From: Octopus bimaculoides
Taxonomy: Eukaryota
Direction: 5' to 3'
Assembly: GCF_001194135.2 (NCBI RefSeq)
Contig: NC_068981.1
Span: 74,121,162-74,185,161, forward strand
DNA length: 64,000 nucleotides
Shown here piece by piece: positions 24,481-38,652 of this stretch. Position numbers and translations under genes: made by a program. The notes beneath the pieces were generated by a model. That model was given only the letters and a program-made list of their open reading frames with translations. It did no database searches and was not told where the DNA came from. Position 1 is the first letter of the stretch. Every line of letters starts with the position of its first letter.

Positions 24481-25041
24481 TAACAGGCAGCTATATGTCT
24501 GCATAAGATCAGCAACAGAGGATGTATTTTAACATACTAATTGTTCCCGCCTACTCATGTACAACATTGTACATTTACATAAAGCGGCGAGGTGGCAGAA
24601 ACGTTAGCACGTCGGGCGAAATGCTTAGCAGTATTTCGTCTGCCGTTACGTTCTGAGTTCAAATTCCGCCAAGGCCGACTTTGACTTTCATCCTTTCAGG
24701 GTAGATAAATTAAGTACCAGTTACGCACTGAGGCCGATGTAATCGGCTTAATCCGTTTGCCTGTCCTTCTTTGTCCCCTCTATGTTTAACCCCCTGTGGG
24801 CAATAAAGAAATAAGAAACGTCAGCACGCCGGGTGAAATGCTCAGCGATATTTCTTCTGTCTTTAAGTTCTGAGTTCAAATTCAGCCGAGCTCGGCTTTG
24901 CCTTTCATCGTTTCGGGGTCGATAAATTAAGTACTAGTTGTATACTGACGTCGATCTCATCGAATGGCCCTCTCCCCCAAAATTTCGGGCCTTGTGCCTA
25001 GAGTAGAAAAGAATATTGTACATCTACATATCGATGCGTGA

Positions 25042-25160
25042 AAGCGTGTGGCCTAGTGGGTTAGAGCATTCGGCTCATGAGGTTCAGTTCCTGGATTGGG
25101 TAGTGTGTTGTTTTCATGAGCAAAACACTTCATTTCACGTTGCTCCAATTTACACAGTTG
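25042..25160 (+). mobile_element. tRNA-derived SINE family D
   Basis: Head gcgtgtggcctagtgggttagagcattcggctcatgag.gttcagttcctgga... followed by ttcatgagcaaaacacttcatttcacgttgctcca. Copies at 39655-39830(-), 51085-51270(-), 61690-61862(-). Confidence 0.75.
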
Positions 25161-25210
25161 GATCCTAGTGCATCTCTCTCTCTCTCTCTCTCTCTCTTAC
25201 TTTTTCCCTC

Positions 25211-25313
<103 letters not shown>

Positions 25314-25762
25314 CTCTTTCCATTAGTCACATCCTGAATGTGCTGAAGATGTCTATATTTGCTTGTGACTAGATAGGTTTCTAAAGCAATGAGCAAAATC
25401 TTGCTACGTGTTTCCAAGCCATTTTCGCTCTCGACAGATTGTTGGCTGTTCTGTCAAGTCGATTTTCTCCCTCACTACTACAATTAGAACGATGGAGTGT
25501 ATGCTGAGTTGGAGAAATCTAATTTTAGATTAAAGAACTGTATATTATAATAGTAACAGAGAAAACTTTAGTAGTTATAGAATGTAGACAGACGGCCTTC
25601 TTTTGAAACACATATAGGATGTTGTATGCCTAGAAGCAACTCTGTCCCTAATATGTGAGCAATTTTCTATTGGAAAGAACGCATTAAAATTTTGAATAGA
25701 ATTGGCAAATGGTTAAGGATTAGATATTTTTTGGTGGTACACAGGAAGATTATACTTTAAAC

Positions 25763-25908
25763 CAGGCATGTGCAACCTTTATCAAGAAGCTTAACTCAGG
25801 GCACTTGTTTCTTTGTCAGACAGGCCGCACTACTAGAAATATTGAAGATAACTTTCCGCTAGAAGTGTCACTCAGAAAATCTTGCGGGCTGCAAGTTGCT
25901 CATGAGTG
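25763..25908. mobile_element. Small hAT MITE, 146 bp
   Basis: Imperfect TIRs CAGGCATGTGCAAC / GTTGCTCATGAGTG. Near-matching 8-bp TSD CTTTAAAC (25755-25762) / CTTTAAGT (25909-25916). Confidence 0.75.
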
Positions 25909-25951
25909 CTTTAAGTTTTTACTTTGGTGGTATATGCATGTTATGTGAGTA

Positions 25952-25968
25952 TGTGTGTGTGCGCGCGC

Positions 25969-26051
<83 letters not shown>

Positions 26052-26065
26052 GTGTGTGTGTGAGA

Positions 26066-26102
<37 letters not shown>

Positions 26103-26195
26103 GTGTGTGTGTGTGTGTCTATGGAAGGAGTACGTGCGATTGTATGTGAGATGTTGTATGTATGTTTGAGACATGTATAGGCGCACTCGCATGCG
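25952..26195 (-). repeat. Dispersed microsatellite-bearing repeat, inverted copy of 35757-35945
   Basis: Shared unique block gcgagtgcgcctatacatgtctcaaacatacatacaacatctcacatacaatcgcacgtactccttccataga plus the same (CA)/(CT)/(CA)/(CT)/(CA) array. Confidence 0.9.
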
Positions 26196-26929
26196 CGTCC
26201 GTACGCGTGTATGGCCATGTGAGCGTTTCTACCATAAGCGGACATCAAAGATTGTGAGGTTTAGCTAGTTATGGTAAGAAATTCAATGTAGATCAACTAT
26301 GTGTTGTTCACGTGTAGGTGGTGGTACAGGTTACAATATTGTTTGTCTGTTTTGAAGTTATTGAAAATGCCTACGCTGTTATGTCACATTTGCATGTTGC
26401 ACTCAGTACAAACATGGCGTAGGACGTTTAGATCGCGTGAAAATGGATGACTCACTTGTACAGAAGAAGTGTAGGATGTTGTCATTTGCCTCGGAATGTG
26501 CGGTATTAAAAGTGACAGCGACGTCATTGATATACAAGAGGAAGTATGTATGAGAAACCTTGAACTGATTGATATAATGTAGGCGAGAACCCTGTTAGGG
26601 TAGTCTAACAGGATAATTTTCGATGTAGGCGATGAGAAACAGATGGAATCCACAGGCACTCAAATTGCATGTTCTAAGCGGGTAATTTAAAGAAGGTTTG
26701 AATGTCATTTTTGGCAAATCAAACAACTGTGGAAATTTTCATTTTGGCTCGGAATATTAGCAGGTAGTGATGGAGGTAGATGGTTGGCAGTCTCGGACAG
26801 GTTTCTTCACATGCGATTAGCATAAGAAAGAGCATTTTTCATACGATAGAAGTCACCTTTTTTTGTTTTCAAGAAGGATCGTGTTTCCATAAGTTAGTAA
26901 ACCCTTGTAAACTTGAGATGCATAAACAG

Positions 26930-26937
26930 AAGGATAG

Positions 26938-27024
<87 letters not shown>

Positions 27025-27075
27025 GATAAATAGATAGATAGATAAATAGATAGATAGATAGATAGATATATAGAT
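26930..27075. repeat. (GATA)n microsatellite
   Basis: Direct reading. Confidence 0.95.
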
Positions 27076-27834
27076 AGGCAGAGGGGTAAACAGATTGCTC
27101 GCTAAATACATGCATACATAGGTACGTACGTAAAGACAGACAAACAGACAGACAGACAGATAGATAAAAATATACTTACAGACATACAGACAGACTGCCA
27201 GACAGAGGAGAAAAGGTGAAAGTGTAAATTGGTATGAGAAAATGCTTAAGGTTAATGAAATGAACATTGTCAGGAAAATAGTCTTTGACGAATTGGAAGG
27301 AAGAAATAACTTGTTTTTTTTTTATCTTCAGGAAAGTTCAAATAAAGCAAAAGTATGATTAAGATTAATTTCAACAATGGCCATTACGTCTTATTTTGTT
27401 TGCCAGATACGGCGCACGCAGGATGGCAGCCATTGTATCTTTTTCATAAGACTATAAGATGTAGTTTGAAGAAGGCCATGAGTGGTATTGCTAAGGGATG
27501 ACAGGCGGATGGAGTCCGTATGCAGTCAAATTAGTGACCACATAGGAGCTCATTTGACTTGTAGAGGAAACAAGTTGTTGGGCTTGGTGAATGCGTGAGT
27601 GAATTGTGACAAGTCAGGAAACAAGGCTCACGGGAAGTATATTTTGAAAGTATACAGAGTCAAAATGATAGCAAAACATCGAGCGAATGTAGTAAATTTA
27701 TCCGCAGGTGCACTACTTAAAGATCGACTTTCGTTGAAGATAAATGAATAGCAGGGAGCATTTTGACAACAGAAATCCCCAGCTGCAATTTGGGACACGA
27801 GGAAGTTTGTATGCCGAACATTACTTTCTTCATA

Positions 27835-27997
27835 GGCGCAGGAGTGGCTGTGTGGTAAGTAGCTTGCTTACCAACTACATGGTTCCGGGTTCAGTCCCAC
27901 TGCGTGGCACCTTGGGCAAGTGTCTTCTACTATAGCCTCGGGCCGACCAAAGCCTTGTGAGTGGATTTGGTAAACGGAAACTGAAAGAAGCCCGGCG

Positions 27998-28038
<41 letters not shown>

Positions 28039-28265
28039 NNNNNNNNNNGTGTGTTTATGTGTCTGTGTTTGTCCCCCCACCATCGCTTGACAACCGATGC
28101 TGGTGTGTTTACGTCCCCGTAACTTAGCGGTTCGGCAAAAAGAGACCGATAGAATAAGTACTAGGCTTACAAAGAATAAGTCTTGGGGTCGATTTTCTCG
28201 ACTAAAGGCGGTGCTCCAGCATGGCCGTAGTCAAATGACTGAAACAAGTAAAAGAGTAAAAGAGT
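27835..28265 (+). mobile_element. SINE family A, full length, internal (TA)n
   Basis: tRNA-like head ggcgcaggagtggctgtgtggtaag...ggttccgggttcagtcccactgcg, CORE-like ggcaccttgggcaagtgtcttctactatagcctcggg, internal microsatellite after gaagcccg.cg, tail ending (aaaagagt)n. Confidence 0.9.
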
Positions 28266-29071
28266 TGTTGTTATTGTTTAGCGCTAGATTCGAACCAAGT
28301 TGATCAGGCATACAAGCAGAAGTTCCCCAATCATGACATGTCCGTAACCTGGCATGTTTAAGGACAATGTCTAATGTATTCTTCTTTTCTAAGTTGATAA
28401 TGTATGATTTGGTTAAAATTTGGTTGCTGTTTCTAGCAGATCAAGCAACCGTATTGAAGCTTTCCCTCTTCTCTTCTCTTCTTTTTGTCTCTCTCTCCCT
28501 TTCTCTCTTTCTTTTGATAGTTGTCTTGTCTGGCGTTTTGATGGCAATCTCCTAGTCATTGGCAGTAGGCAGTTTATGTTCCCATTGAAGCTACGAAAGA
28601 GCCACTTGAGAGTTTGGCAGGCTAGTGTTAGTTTTGTGAGGGATGTGGAGATACATACTTAGGAACATTGAATTAGGAATCTGATTAGCTTTGAAAATTT
28701 AGTATGCTGACCAGAAACACAAGTAGGAGAGGATACTAAATAGCAAGGGCAATTTTGCAACGGAAATGATTCGGGTTCCGCATCAGTAGTTTCTTGAGTG
28801 GGAGAAATATTACAGCCCAAGTGGTCGTTTCGCTGAAGACATCGAAGATGACGTCTTCAGACAGAGAGAATTTGAAGTAGATGACCCTAATGACGGACAA
28901 GAAATACTTGAACAACTATTGGTCGTTGTTTTCAGCTCAGCGAGTGATAGCTACGTCATCAGCATGGTGCTTAGAAAATTGGGAAATTTAACCAGAGCAA
29001 AAATATTCATGACGTCAATTTTAAAAAGAACAGCAGTAGCAGAATGAATCTACTGTTTATAAAACAATATT

Positions 29072-29376
29072 TACAGGGTGCTTTCCAGAAGATTTGAAAC
29101 TTTTTAGGAGAGGCAGTTATAACTCGTAGATTATTGTAATTTCAGTCTATCATTACTATACATCTAATAAGTTGACCTGCTAACTTTTACTATTCCAGAC
29201 TGAAAGGGACTTTGGACACCCCCTATAAAACACTGCTTGTCATAGCTGACTACTTTGCAAAATGCAGTCGGGATGTTAAAATGTTTTGGGCAAAAACGCT
29301 ACAGAAACTTATGAAATGTTCCAGGCTGCTTATGGATTAACTTTTTTTCCGCTGGCACAAGAAGTTCAAGGCTGGT

Positions 29377-29447
<71 letters not shown>

Positions 29448-29976
29448 AGGTGTGAGAGGAAGACGGACGTCCGAACATCAGAGCTGGTTGAGAAAATTCG
29501 AAGTTATTTGGATAAAGACTGTCATGTATCTATAAAGAAAATTAGTAGACAGTTTGGAGTTGGTGTGCCAACTGTGCACAGAATTATAGATGAAGATCTG
29601 AACATGGGCAAAATTTGTGCTAAGCTTGTTCCCAGGGCATTCAGTGACGAGCATCCTGGTAACTAGTTACTGGACGAGAGATGGGCACTAAAACTGTACC
29701 TCACCTTCCTTACAGTATAGACCTTGCATCCTGTGACTTTTTGATTGTTCCCCAAGTTGAAGGAAAACATATGGGTCAGTCGTTTTAAAGGCGGTTGTGA
29801 CAAAGGTCCCGAACATCTTTACTTTGGAGGGCTTCCATGAGCCCTTCATGAAGTAGCTGGAGCGCTATAACAAATGCATTGAAGTCAGAGGGTCCCACTT
29901 TGAAGAAGGGGATAAGACTTTTGTTCTTCTCTGTAAATGTTCCCCCCGAAAAGTCTTAAAGCTTGTGGAGTGTACT

Positions 29977-29981
<5 letters not shown>
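29072..29981 (+). mobile_element. Mariner transposon, internally deleted and decayed
   Basis: LGKNATETYEMFQAAYG...FFRWHKKFKAG, TVHRIIDEDLNMGKICAKLVPR (WVP motif), PHLPYSIDLASCDF (YSPDLAP motif), LERYNKCIEVRGSHFE. Imperfect 31-bp TIRs (about 21/31 by eye). A (GA)n is inserted at about 29384-29442. Confidence 0.88.
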
Positions 29982-30030
<49 letters not shown>

Positions 30031-30873
30031 ATATATATATATAGTAAGTAGAAAGTGTGAGAGAGAGAAAAAAATGTTTTAACGGAGATATTAAAAAGTG
30101 CAGTTATAACGATAAAAGTTACCAATATTACAGTAAATATATTTGTGTGTGGGGGGGGGTACTCATTTACGCATAATATACACATCATGTATACATACAA
30201 TTTAGCATTTTCCTCGAAAATTACTAATGTTTATCGTTAATAGCAACTTTCTTTATATTATAGCAACCTCTCAGAACATTAATTTTAATCTCAGACGTTG
30301 CATTCCAGTTAATTTGAAATGATCATGTAATTAAACATATTTCAATAAATACGTTATTAGCTTATAGCAAGTGACTTGAGGTACGCCTCAGATAAGTTAT
30401 GCCGGTAACCAACTATTTCTATAGTGATAAAGATTTCAAATTCACTAAACTTTCTTGTACCAGTTTTCATATACACTGGTATTTCCTAATACCAACATAA
30501 CAGTACAACCCATGTCGCTAGAAATTGAATTTTAATGTACTTAGTTGCTAGTTAAGGCGAGATAGTCTCTCGGGATAAAAACCAATAATTGTAAATCTAG
30601 TGCACTCTGATTAAAATTCAGTCAGGTTTACCGTTCATTCTTCTATATGGCAGTTAATTTTAGAAGTAATATGACGACAGAGTATCTATAGTATTCACTA
30701 AATATATTTTAGTTGTAGTCAATGGAGGGAAAGTATGCAGAATTCCTGAAGGTATTAGTCATGTTTATATAAATCTGGATAACATTTCAACCGGTTATGT
30801 TAATTAAGGAGAGACAATATGTATGAATAATATACACATAACAACAAAACTGCACATTTATTCATGCAGTACT

Positions 30874-31005
<132 letters not shown>

Positions 31006-31399
31006 AGAATGATGCATCTATTATTTGAGATTTATGGTTAACTAGCTTAAAAGCCGCACTCTGTTAGCGCCTGCGGAGGACTAATTGGACCTGCGGCCCA
31101 AAACTAAAGTGAGCCAAATAGCATGACAATAATACGTCTATAATGACTATATGCACCACCGGGGCATATAGAGGTTAAGGACAAATGAGAATTAATTCTA
31201 TAGTGCAATCATACTATTGTTCCAGTCCCAAGTTGAATTCCAACCGTTGGCCAATTTGTCCCAAATTACTTAGCTCGGAGTAAAATTGCAGAAGCGAATG
31301 TCATTTATCTCCCCTTAATCTTTGACGTCATCTGACAAACACCAAACCAAGATGGCAGGAATCAGCCAAAATTTACCCTCAAGAAATAGCAACTCAAAT

Positions 31400-31575
31400 A
31401 CTTTTAAATCAGAACCCAATATTTGATGTTCAAGAACCAAATGAAGGGCAGATTTTCAATCTGGGGATCATCCTGATTCCAAAAAGGTATGCTATATCTA
31501 TGCCTTGCAAATGCAGACTGAGATACAGGGGTTCCAGACGGACAAACAGAATTTCGCTTTTATTATTATAGATGG
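31400..31575 (-). mobile_element. Helitron-like 5' end
   Basis: Minus strand atctataataataaaagcgaaattctgtttgtccgtctgg resembles non-autonomous Helitron TC-start termini. Confidence 0.5.
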
Positions 31576-32360
31576 AAAGTACACTTTGTCGAGTATTGCT
31601 CAAGAGTTTACAAGAAATGATGAACAATTAGATCGTTAAAATCCAAAATGGTGTTAAGACTTTGCATTATGAATACCTTTTTTCTTTTATCTTTTACTAG
31701 TTTCAAATCATTAAACTGTAGCCATGCTGGAGCACCACTTTGAAGAACTTTTAGTCGAATGAATGGACCCTTACCTGGTACTTATTCTACTTGGCCAAGG
31801 TGCCACACACGCAGTGGGACTGAACCAGGAGCCATCTGATTAGGCAGCAAACTTCTTACCGCACAGCCACAAGCTATCCTCTCTAAAACTGCAATTGATA
31901 TTTTCGCTCGACATCCAGACTGTTTGTATACACATTATGTGGCTCCTGTTTCAAAGATATCAATCTGACTTCAGTAACAAGAAGGATAAGTAACCTTCGT
32001 TGACCTGCAAAGTTTAGTCGAAATGAAAGAAAACGTTGGAATTGTGTATACAGATGAGAGGTTTCATAATATATTCACATCTGGATCTAATTACTACATC
32101 AAAACATAAACAATCAAAATGGTCGGTACCTAGCCCAATATGTATCAGTGTGTGTGCGTGTATGGTAAGTGCCTGTACGTGTATATGTATGTGTACATGC
32201 ATATATATATATGTAAACGTGAGCTGAATATTGATTGATTGCAGATAAATGAAATACTAATTGTAGGCTGGCGTTAAATAAACCAAACAACCAAGATTTC
32301 AAAAACGTTAGTGGAAAGTATCTTCCGGTGCTTTAGTAACTGTTCCAGCTGACAGATCCT

Positions 32361-32415
<55 letters not shown>

Positions 32416-33658
32416 AGAAGATTCCTCTTGCAGCATATAATAAACAAAATTCAATCCTATTCCCATATCTACTCCTCCCTTCCCCCCGCTCCCTTTTTCT
32501 CACTCCCCCTCTTTTTCTCGCCCTCACATTCGTGGACTCTGTATTCCTTTCTTTCTAGTTCGTCACCAATATATATATTTAAAGGGACACACCAGAATTG
32601 GTTGGATCGTAGTTTTGCTCTACAATGTTAAAAAAAGAAAGAATAGAAATTGAAAACAAATAGGGGAGTAGGTATATGCTTCTATAAAGTAAGACCTGCT
32701 TTATCGACAGTTCTCAACTACAGCCAAAGCGTTCATTTCTTTTAGCTACATGAAAGCAAAATTCTTTATTTTAACAGATCATATTTGGAAAGCAATTATT
32801 TCCATTATCTTTCCAGACAAATAATGAGAAATGGGCAAGTTGAGTAATCCAGTCGTTTGCTGTGTATCTTTTACTTTTTTCTAGTCATTGAACTGCGGCC
32901 ATACTGGGGTACCAACTTAAATAGTTTGGTTGAATGAGTCGACTCCCGTACTTATACTTTAAGACTGGTACTTACTCTATGGGTTCATTTTGCCGAACCG
33001 CTTGGTGGTTGTCAAGCTGTGTGGAAGACGCGCGCGCGCGACGGGCTTTCACTCAGTTCTTTCTGTCAAATTCTCTCATAAGGCATTGCACGGTTATAGT
33101 TGAAGACAGTCACCCAAGGTGCCACGTAGTGGGACTGAACCAGAACACACATGGTTGCAGAGAAAGTTTCTTAAACCACACGACTATGCCCGTGCCTATG
33201 TAACGTAAAACTTAAAATTATGTTGTAGCTTCAGTTTATAAGAATCCTTTAATTTTATACATTGGTCATCCAATCCTAGACTCTAGAAAAATTGTTTCCT
33301 TTTGATGACGCCCTGCATGTTATCTCTTTTGGTAAAAGTAAAATATTAAATTGAAAATAATTTTATGCTTTTGTTTCTCTAGGGTATTAGCCAGGTATAA
33401 TTACTGCATAAAAAGGATTCATGTCATCTTCTTCACTTCTATGTCTAACATCCCTAGACTCGGACTAAAATATTGACCCAATCTTACCTCCCTAGAGCGT
33501 GCATCATCTGGTATTCCCTGTCATTGCCTTATTCATTGCTCTTACTAACATTCAAGCCGAAAATTAACGTTCAGCATTGTTGTCAATATTCTCGGAGGAG
33601 GAGGAGGAGGAGGAGGAGGAGGCGAGAGAGGGCGAATAGGCAGACATTGAATAGATAG

Positions 33659-33713
<55 letters not shown>

Positions 33714-34577
33714 GTTTAGACATTTCTATACACTCGTAAATACACAGAGATACAGACGCATTCACACATACACCACATATACACATAGGGAGAATTATAG
33801 TAAAGTATATCTTTCTCTCAGTTTCTTTCATTCCTTTCTTCCGTTACCTTTGGTGATTTGCTTGTCAAAGGAGATAAGATAATGACAAAACAACGCCCAA
33901 ATTGTTTTGTTTGTGTTTGTATTTATATTTATGTTTATATCTGAATGTGTGTCATTTGATACAAAGGTCATATTTTATGATGATATTCTCAACAACTCCA
34001 ATGTCACAATTTATCAAGTCGATTGCAAAAGCCTGTTCTCCATTGAGTTAATTCAAGTGTTTTTCCTCTCTTGTATATTTTTTTACGAGTTATCTGGTGT
34101 TAAAGTAATTATATAGTCAACCATTTCATTAACAATAGAATTGAATGTTTGTACAAATTTCCCTTACAGCATATACGTCACTCCCCAATAATCTGAGCAG
34201 AATAATAGCGGTCGGTAATCATACTTCTTTATGAAAGCATCATATTTATCACTTTTCTTCTCTAAAAGAGATGAAGAAATAAATCTATAAACATTGGTGA
34301 ATAGATATTTACCTTTTGTTTTTTACGTGTTTCAGTCATTGCATTGCAGTCATGCTGGAGCACTGCCTTGAAGGGGTTTTAGTCGAACAAATGGACCCCA
34401 GGATTTATTCTCAGTAAACCTAGTACTCATTCTATCTGTCTCTTTTGCCGAACCACTAATTTAAGGGGACGTAAGCAGACCAACATCGGTTGTCAAGCTA
34501 TGGTGGGGAGACAAACACAGAGACATAAATACATATATACATGCATACATACATACATACATGCATACATACATACA

Positions 34578-34625
<48 letters not shown>

Positions 34626-35119
34626 NNNNNNNNNNNNNNNNNNNNNNNNNNNNNNNNNNNNNNNNNNNNNNNNNNNNNNNNNNNNNNNNNNNNNNNNNNN
34701 NNNNNNNNNNNNNNNNNNNNNNNNNNNNNNNNNNNNNNNNNNNNNNNNNNNNNNNNNNNNNNNNNNNNNNNNNNNNNNNNNNNNNNNNNNNNNNNNNNNN
34801 NNNNNNNNNNNNNNNNNNNNNNNNNNNNNNNNNNNNNNNNNNNNNNNNNNNNNNNNNNNNNNNNNNNNNNNNNNNNNNNNNNNNNNNNNNNNNNNNNNNN
34901 NNNNNNNNNNNNNNNNNNNNNNNNNNNNNNNNNNNNNNNNNNNNNNNNNNNNNNNNNNNNNNNNNNNNNNNNNNNNNNNNNNNNNNNNNNNNNNNNNNNN
35001 NNNNNNNNNNNNNNNNNNNNNNNNNNNNNNNNNNNNNNNNNNNNNNNNNNNNNNNNNNNNNNNNNNNNNNNNNNNNNNNNNNNNNNNNNNNNNNNNNNNN
35101 NNNNNNATATATATATACG

Positions 35120-35470
35120 GAATACAAAATGGGACAAGAACGCAAAACATCCAGACAGTTAGGTGATACAAGAAAGGGACAACAAACTATCCAGATAGAC
35201 GATACAAAGAAAACAAGAACAGGTCATTCGGAGTTTTCTTTCCTCAGTCGAGTTCCAGATTATCTTTGCAATTTCGGCTGGTTATACTCGAGATTGCTCC
35301 AATCTGGCCAGCCCCAAGGAAAAACTAAGCTAAAACCATTAGATTCCTTGGAAGAAAGCAGCGAATGTATATGCAAACGAGTACGGAAAAAAACGGAGAA
35401 TGTTACACAAATACAAATAACAGGACATAACAACAGGTGTCTTTCGACTAAGGACGAATTCATTTAAGGG
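35120..35470. mobile_element. Unclassified interspersed-repeat-like segment
   Basis: Higher-complexity block abutting (TA)n with no coding potential. No second copy in the window, so repeat status is an inference. Confidence 0.35.
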
Positions 35471-35756
35471 CAGCTTAATTTACAGTTCAGCCATCTCTGT
35501 AATATTAGATGTTATTATTGTAAATACTGTAGCTGTTGTTGCTGGTGCCGTTGTTGTTGTTGATGTTCTCTATATCGAGGTTAAGTTTGATCTAGCAGCT
35601 TTATGATCAAAGGCGCTTTTTTTATATATATCAGCAAATATATTTATATAATGTAGTATATCCTTTTTTTTTTAAATTTAAGACAATAGACGAAAATTTG
35701 CTAGTTATTATTAGCAGAGTATTCGTGGGGGATAGAGTGCGCCTATACATGTCTCA

Positions 35757-35884
35757 TGCGAGTGCGCCTATACATGTCTCAAACATACATACAACATCTC
35801 ACATACAATCGCACGTACTCCTTCCATAGACACACACACACACACACCTCTTTCTTTCTCTCTCTCTCTCTCTCACACACACTT

Positions 35885-35935
<51 letters not shown>

Positions 35936-35945
35936 TCGCGCGCAC
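35757..35945 (+). repeat. Dispersed microsatellite-bearing repeat, copy 2
   Basis: See 25952-26195. Preceded by a local duplication of gagtgcgcctatacatgtctca. Confidence 0.9.
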
Positions 35946-35949
35946 ACTC

Positions 35950-36150
35950 GCCATTGAAACCGGGAAATCGGGCCCATGAACCTTTAAAAGGGGTGCATTT
36001 ATTTATTTTATTTTATTTAGGCTTTAAAAGGGCGCATTTATTTATTTTATATCATAGAGTAGATGTGAGGGGCCTGATTTGGTCAGTTTTAACACAAAAG
36101 GGGAAGAATATTCGGGCCTGATACAGCCGGTTTGAATGCTAAAGGGTTAG
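35950..36150. mobile_element. piggyBac-like MITE end
   Basis: Terminates ccggtttgaatgctaaagggtta, i.e. a (T)TAA-CCCT-like terminus. The other end is not found. Confidence 0.4.
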
Positions 36151-36602
36151 TATTTCTTTTTAGTATTAAATGTTTCCATTATTTGCCAAATCATCCAAAC
36201 AACAAAGGGTTTGTGAATTAAGGATTGTGAGACTAGACTAAAGAAAAAAAGAGGAAAGAAAAAAGTCTGAAAATTGTGTCAGCAAATTTCACAGGAAATC
36301 GCCGATGAGAAAAATCGGGTCGAGAACCCTTCAGATCATGACTTCCATCAATTCGTTCATTTTCAAGAAGTCGAAGATTTTTAAAAGCTGGTGTCCATAT
36401 GGAAATGGATAAGCAAGACTCGCTTTATTTTTCTCTCGGTATTGATTATTTTTTGTTATTGTTGTTGTTGTTTTTTGCATAAATCCCTCAATCTGCTGAA
36501 CCTCCAACTCCCTACTCTATCTTCCTTTAACTCACCATCACCAGCTTCACTACACCCACCACCATCATTATCACCATTGTCATCGCTGCCACCACCAACA
36601 CC

Positions 36603-36634
<32 letters not shown>

Positions 36635-36702
36635 TTCAACTAGGCCCCACTTCCCACGCTGTCTGTTTTGACCTTCCATTGTTTTAAGAAATTTCACAGA
36701 AT

Positions 36703-36750
<48 letters not shown>

Positions 36751-37252
36751 TCTAAGAAAGCTTGCTAAAAGAACTGCAAACCATTTTTAGCCAACCAACT
36801 AATACTTTTTAAAATTCAATCTGAAGTTTTCATGCAATGAGTTAAATAATTGTTTGTACACCACACGATGCCGCATAGACATACAGATACATAAATATTC
36901 CATTTCAGTTCACAGATCAGCAAAGAATAAATAAATAAATAGCAATATATTTGAAGCATAAAATAAAATAAACTTAAATACTAAACTAAACAAGTTAACT
37001 GAATTTTACAACAAAAAAAAGTATGTTTATTAGAGTGGGTCTTCAACTATGCCTATATATTTCTGCACATTTTGAGAAAAAAAAACAAACATATTACTGC
37101 ATCGTTTGCTTCTCAAAGAATCTCTCTTTCTCTTTCTTTCTCTCTCTGTCTCCTTCTCACTCACACCCTCTCTCACTTTCTCACGCTCTTTCATTCTCAC
37201 TCACTCTTTCTCTCATCCTTCATTTTACCCTCTCATTCTCACTCTCTCGTTC

Positions 37253-37289
<37 letters not shown>

Positions 37290-38267
37290 CTCTCTCTCCT
37301 CTCTCTTATTTCCTCTCAATCTTTTTTCTCTCGATCTCTCCAGTCTCTCCCATTATCGCCGCAAAATATTAAGTTTCATTTTGCAACATAGCTTTAATGT
37401 TTTATTATTTTCTTATTTTGGTTTAAATGAAAGAACACAGAGAAGAGAGTAAAAGACATCCGTTGGGTTTTGGTATTTCATTTTAGGATTCTTTTCTTTA
37501 CTCGCGGGTGGGCGGTACCGTTTTGCTTTTTTGTTTTTATTTGTATTTATGATACAATACTTTAGAGACGGCCTTGTAGTTTTCTTTCTCTCCACTTCAA
37601 CATCATCATCATCATCATCATTATGCCCCTCATCATCATCTTTTTTCCTCTTCTTTTTCTTCTTTGTTATTATTTTCCATTTTCTCTTCTTCTATGGCCC
37701 ATCCATGACACTTAACAGAGATAAGGACAAAGAGAGAGGGGGAGAGGGAGAGAAAGAGGGCGAGAGAAGAGGGGAGTGAACCTAAGAAAGGAGGATAAAG
37801 ACGATCTACAGACTTAGAAAATAAAAGTAAAGAATTAAAGAATGAAAATAGAATGAGTCAGTTAAACAGACAGGCATATATTTACTGAGAGGGGTGTGGT
37901 GAAAAAGTCAGATGTGCAATTTAAGAGACTGTAACTCAGATAAAAAGTGATATAGAATCGAACGGTAGAAGAGAAAAAGAAAGATAAGGGAATAACGAGA
38001 CAGTGAGATGTAGGAAGAAAAGAGTAAAGAAAAAGAACGGAGATGATATGACAGAAAAAAAAATGAGACAGATTGGAAAACAAAATGGCAAAGAACAAAT
38101 GACATTTAAAATCACAGTAGTAGTTTGACATAGAAATAAGATGGCAGGGTTGACAAATATGCAATGTTTCAAAGGTGGTATACATTGAGTGGTTTTCTCT
38201 CATCATCTTCAGGCACCAGTTAGGGTTTGAGCTCAGTTCTTCGAAAAGTATATTCAGTTACTGTTGT

Positions 38268-38652
38268 TGTTGGTGGTACTCCGTCGCTTACGACGTTGAG
38301 GGTTCCAGTTGATCCGATCAACGGAACAGCCTGCTCGTGAAATTAACGTGCAAGTGGTTGAGCACTCCACATACACGTGTACCCTTAACGTAGTTCTCGG
38401 GGATATTCAGCGTGACACAGTGTGACAAGGCTGACCCTTTGAATTACAGGCACAACAGAAACAGGAAGTAAGAGTGAGAGAAAGTTGTGGTGAAAGAGTA
38501 CAGCAGGGTTCGTCACCATCCCCTGCCGGAGCCTCGTGGAGCTTTAGGTGTTTTCGCTCAATAAACACTCACAACGCCCGGTCTGGGAATCGAAACCGCG
38601 ATCCTACGACCGCGAGTCCGTTGCCCTAACCACTGGGCCATTGCGCCTCCAC
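38268..38652 (-). mobile_element. tRNA-Arg-like SINE (family C), full length
   Basis: High similarity to 4263-4624, with head gtggaggcgcaatggcccagtggttagggcaacggactcgcggtcgtaggatcgcggtttcgattcccagaccgggcg. Confidence 0.88.

Noticed and set aside
28825-28980. Two tandem hammerhead-like cores on the minus strand (CTGATGA...GAAA with a 6-bp stem III and UUC; CTGAAGA...GAAAC)
   Set aside because: Stem II closing pairs and stem I do not form, so this is compatible with chance.
36295-36410. Possible exon (EIADEKNRVENPSDHDFHQFVHFQEVEDF)
   Set aside because: In-frame stop, no convincing donor site and no recognisable homology.
38575-38652. Functional tRNA-Arg gene
   Set aside because: The acceptor and D stems are not intact and the sequence continues into a 300-bp body shared with 4263-4624, so it is a SINE head.
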